A stretch of 63,477 bases of DNA, counting the filler, from Chiloscyllium plagiosum (taxonomy: Eukaryota), in assembly GCF_004010195.1 (NCBI RefSeq). It is 5 parts of one record of this genome, joined end to end, with 100 filler letters (N's around TTAATTAATTAA, not from the genome) between each part and the next. Parts side by side here need not be neighbours in the genome. Positions count along the whole stretch, not along the records: positions 61,958 to 63,477 come from NC_057713.1; 4 more parts are not named here. The stretch is one strand, 5' to 3'. This document shows positions 63,110 through 63,477 of this stretch, piece by piece (positions within the stretch are counted from its first letter, which is position 1; each line of letters opens with the position of its first letter). The notes beneath the pieces are model-generated. The model ran no database searches. It had not been told where the DNA came from and saw only the letters and a list, made by a program, of their open reading frames with translations. The position numbers and the translations under genes are program-made.

Positions 63110-63434
63110 GTAAGTGGAGACACCCGGGGACCGGGCCCGGGCCCGGGCTTTAATAGAGCCGGAAGCTCGGGGTGGTCGGTGTCCGCGTCCCGTCTCCAGA
63201 CCCGGTGGTAAATTTATTTCAGATGTTCTTCCAGTAGTTTCCGGGCTCACCTCCTGCGGTTCTCGATTGCTCACGTCCAGGTCCGGCAGCCTGGTTATTC
63301 CACACACACACACACACGGTTATCTCTGTGTTGGAGCCCGATGGTCAGACACGTGTGTGGAGCTTTACTACAGAAACGCTGGTATTTCTCCGTTCTCCAT
63401 CCGAGATGTATTTGATGGTCTCCCTTCCGACCAC

Positions 63435-63435
<1 letters not shown>

Positions 63436-63476
<41 letters not shown>
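63436..63476. repeat. Poly-C run
   Basis: About 41 consecutive C at the window end. Confidence 0.9.
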
Positions 63477-63477
63477 A

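Larger units (their letters stand above)
61958..63360. promoter_or_regulatory. CpG island / bidirectional promoter of UTP23 and EIF3H
   Basis: GC- and CpG-rich segments around both first exons in an otherwise CpG-poor window. The two ATGs are 810 nt apart and divergent. Confidence 0.85.

Noticed and set aside
63436..63476. Long poly-C tract as a structural element
   Set aside because: Homopolymer at the window edge; its length is unreliable and may be a sequencing artefact.

Overview
Vertebrate genomic DNA, almost certainly a cartilaginous fish (HE1-type V-SINEs and HER1/CR1-type LINEs typical of sharks), split by four 100-nt scaffold spacers (N44-TTAATTAATTAA-N44). The only recognisable host genes lie at the right end: UTP23 coding exon 1 (minus, 62025-62212) and EIF3H coding exon 1 (plus, 63023-63109), head to head in a CpG island. 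The other ~62 kb is layered, nested transposon debris (CR1, Penelope-like, Tx1/Keno, Gypsy/LTR, Harbinger-like, pogo-like MITEs, SINEs) plus some repeat-free AT-rich tracts. Most short ORFs in the track are repeat fragments. Three highlights: (1) Penelope-type termini from several families carry minimal type I hammerhead ribozyme motifs, many inside short fold-back insertions with 11-15 bp TSDs that fold back at or next to the ribozyme. (2) A Tx1/Keno-type retrotransposon carries a 36-37 nt U2 snRNA-like 5' head but sits in a Gypsy integrase remnant, not in a U2 gene. (3) A LINE's APE-RT frame is preceded by a tRNA-like, DeuSINE-like head, with no ORF1. All family names come from recall and manual alignment; no database search was run.
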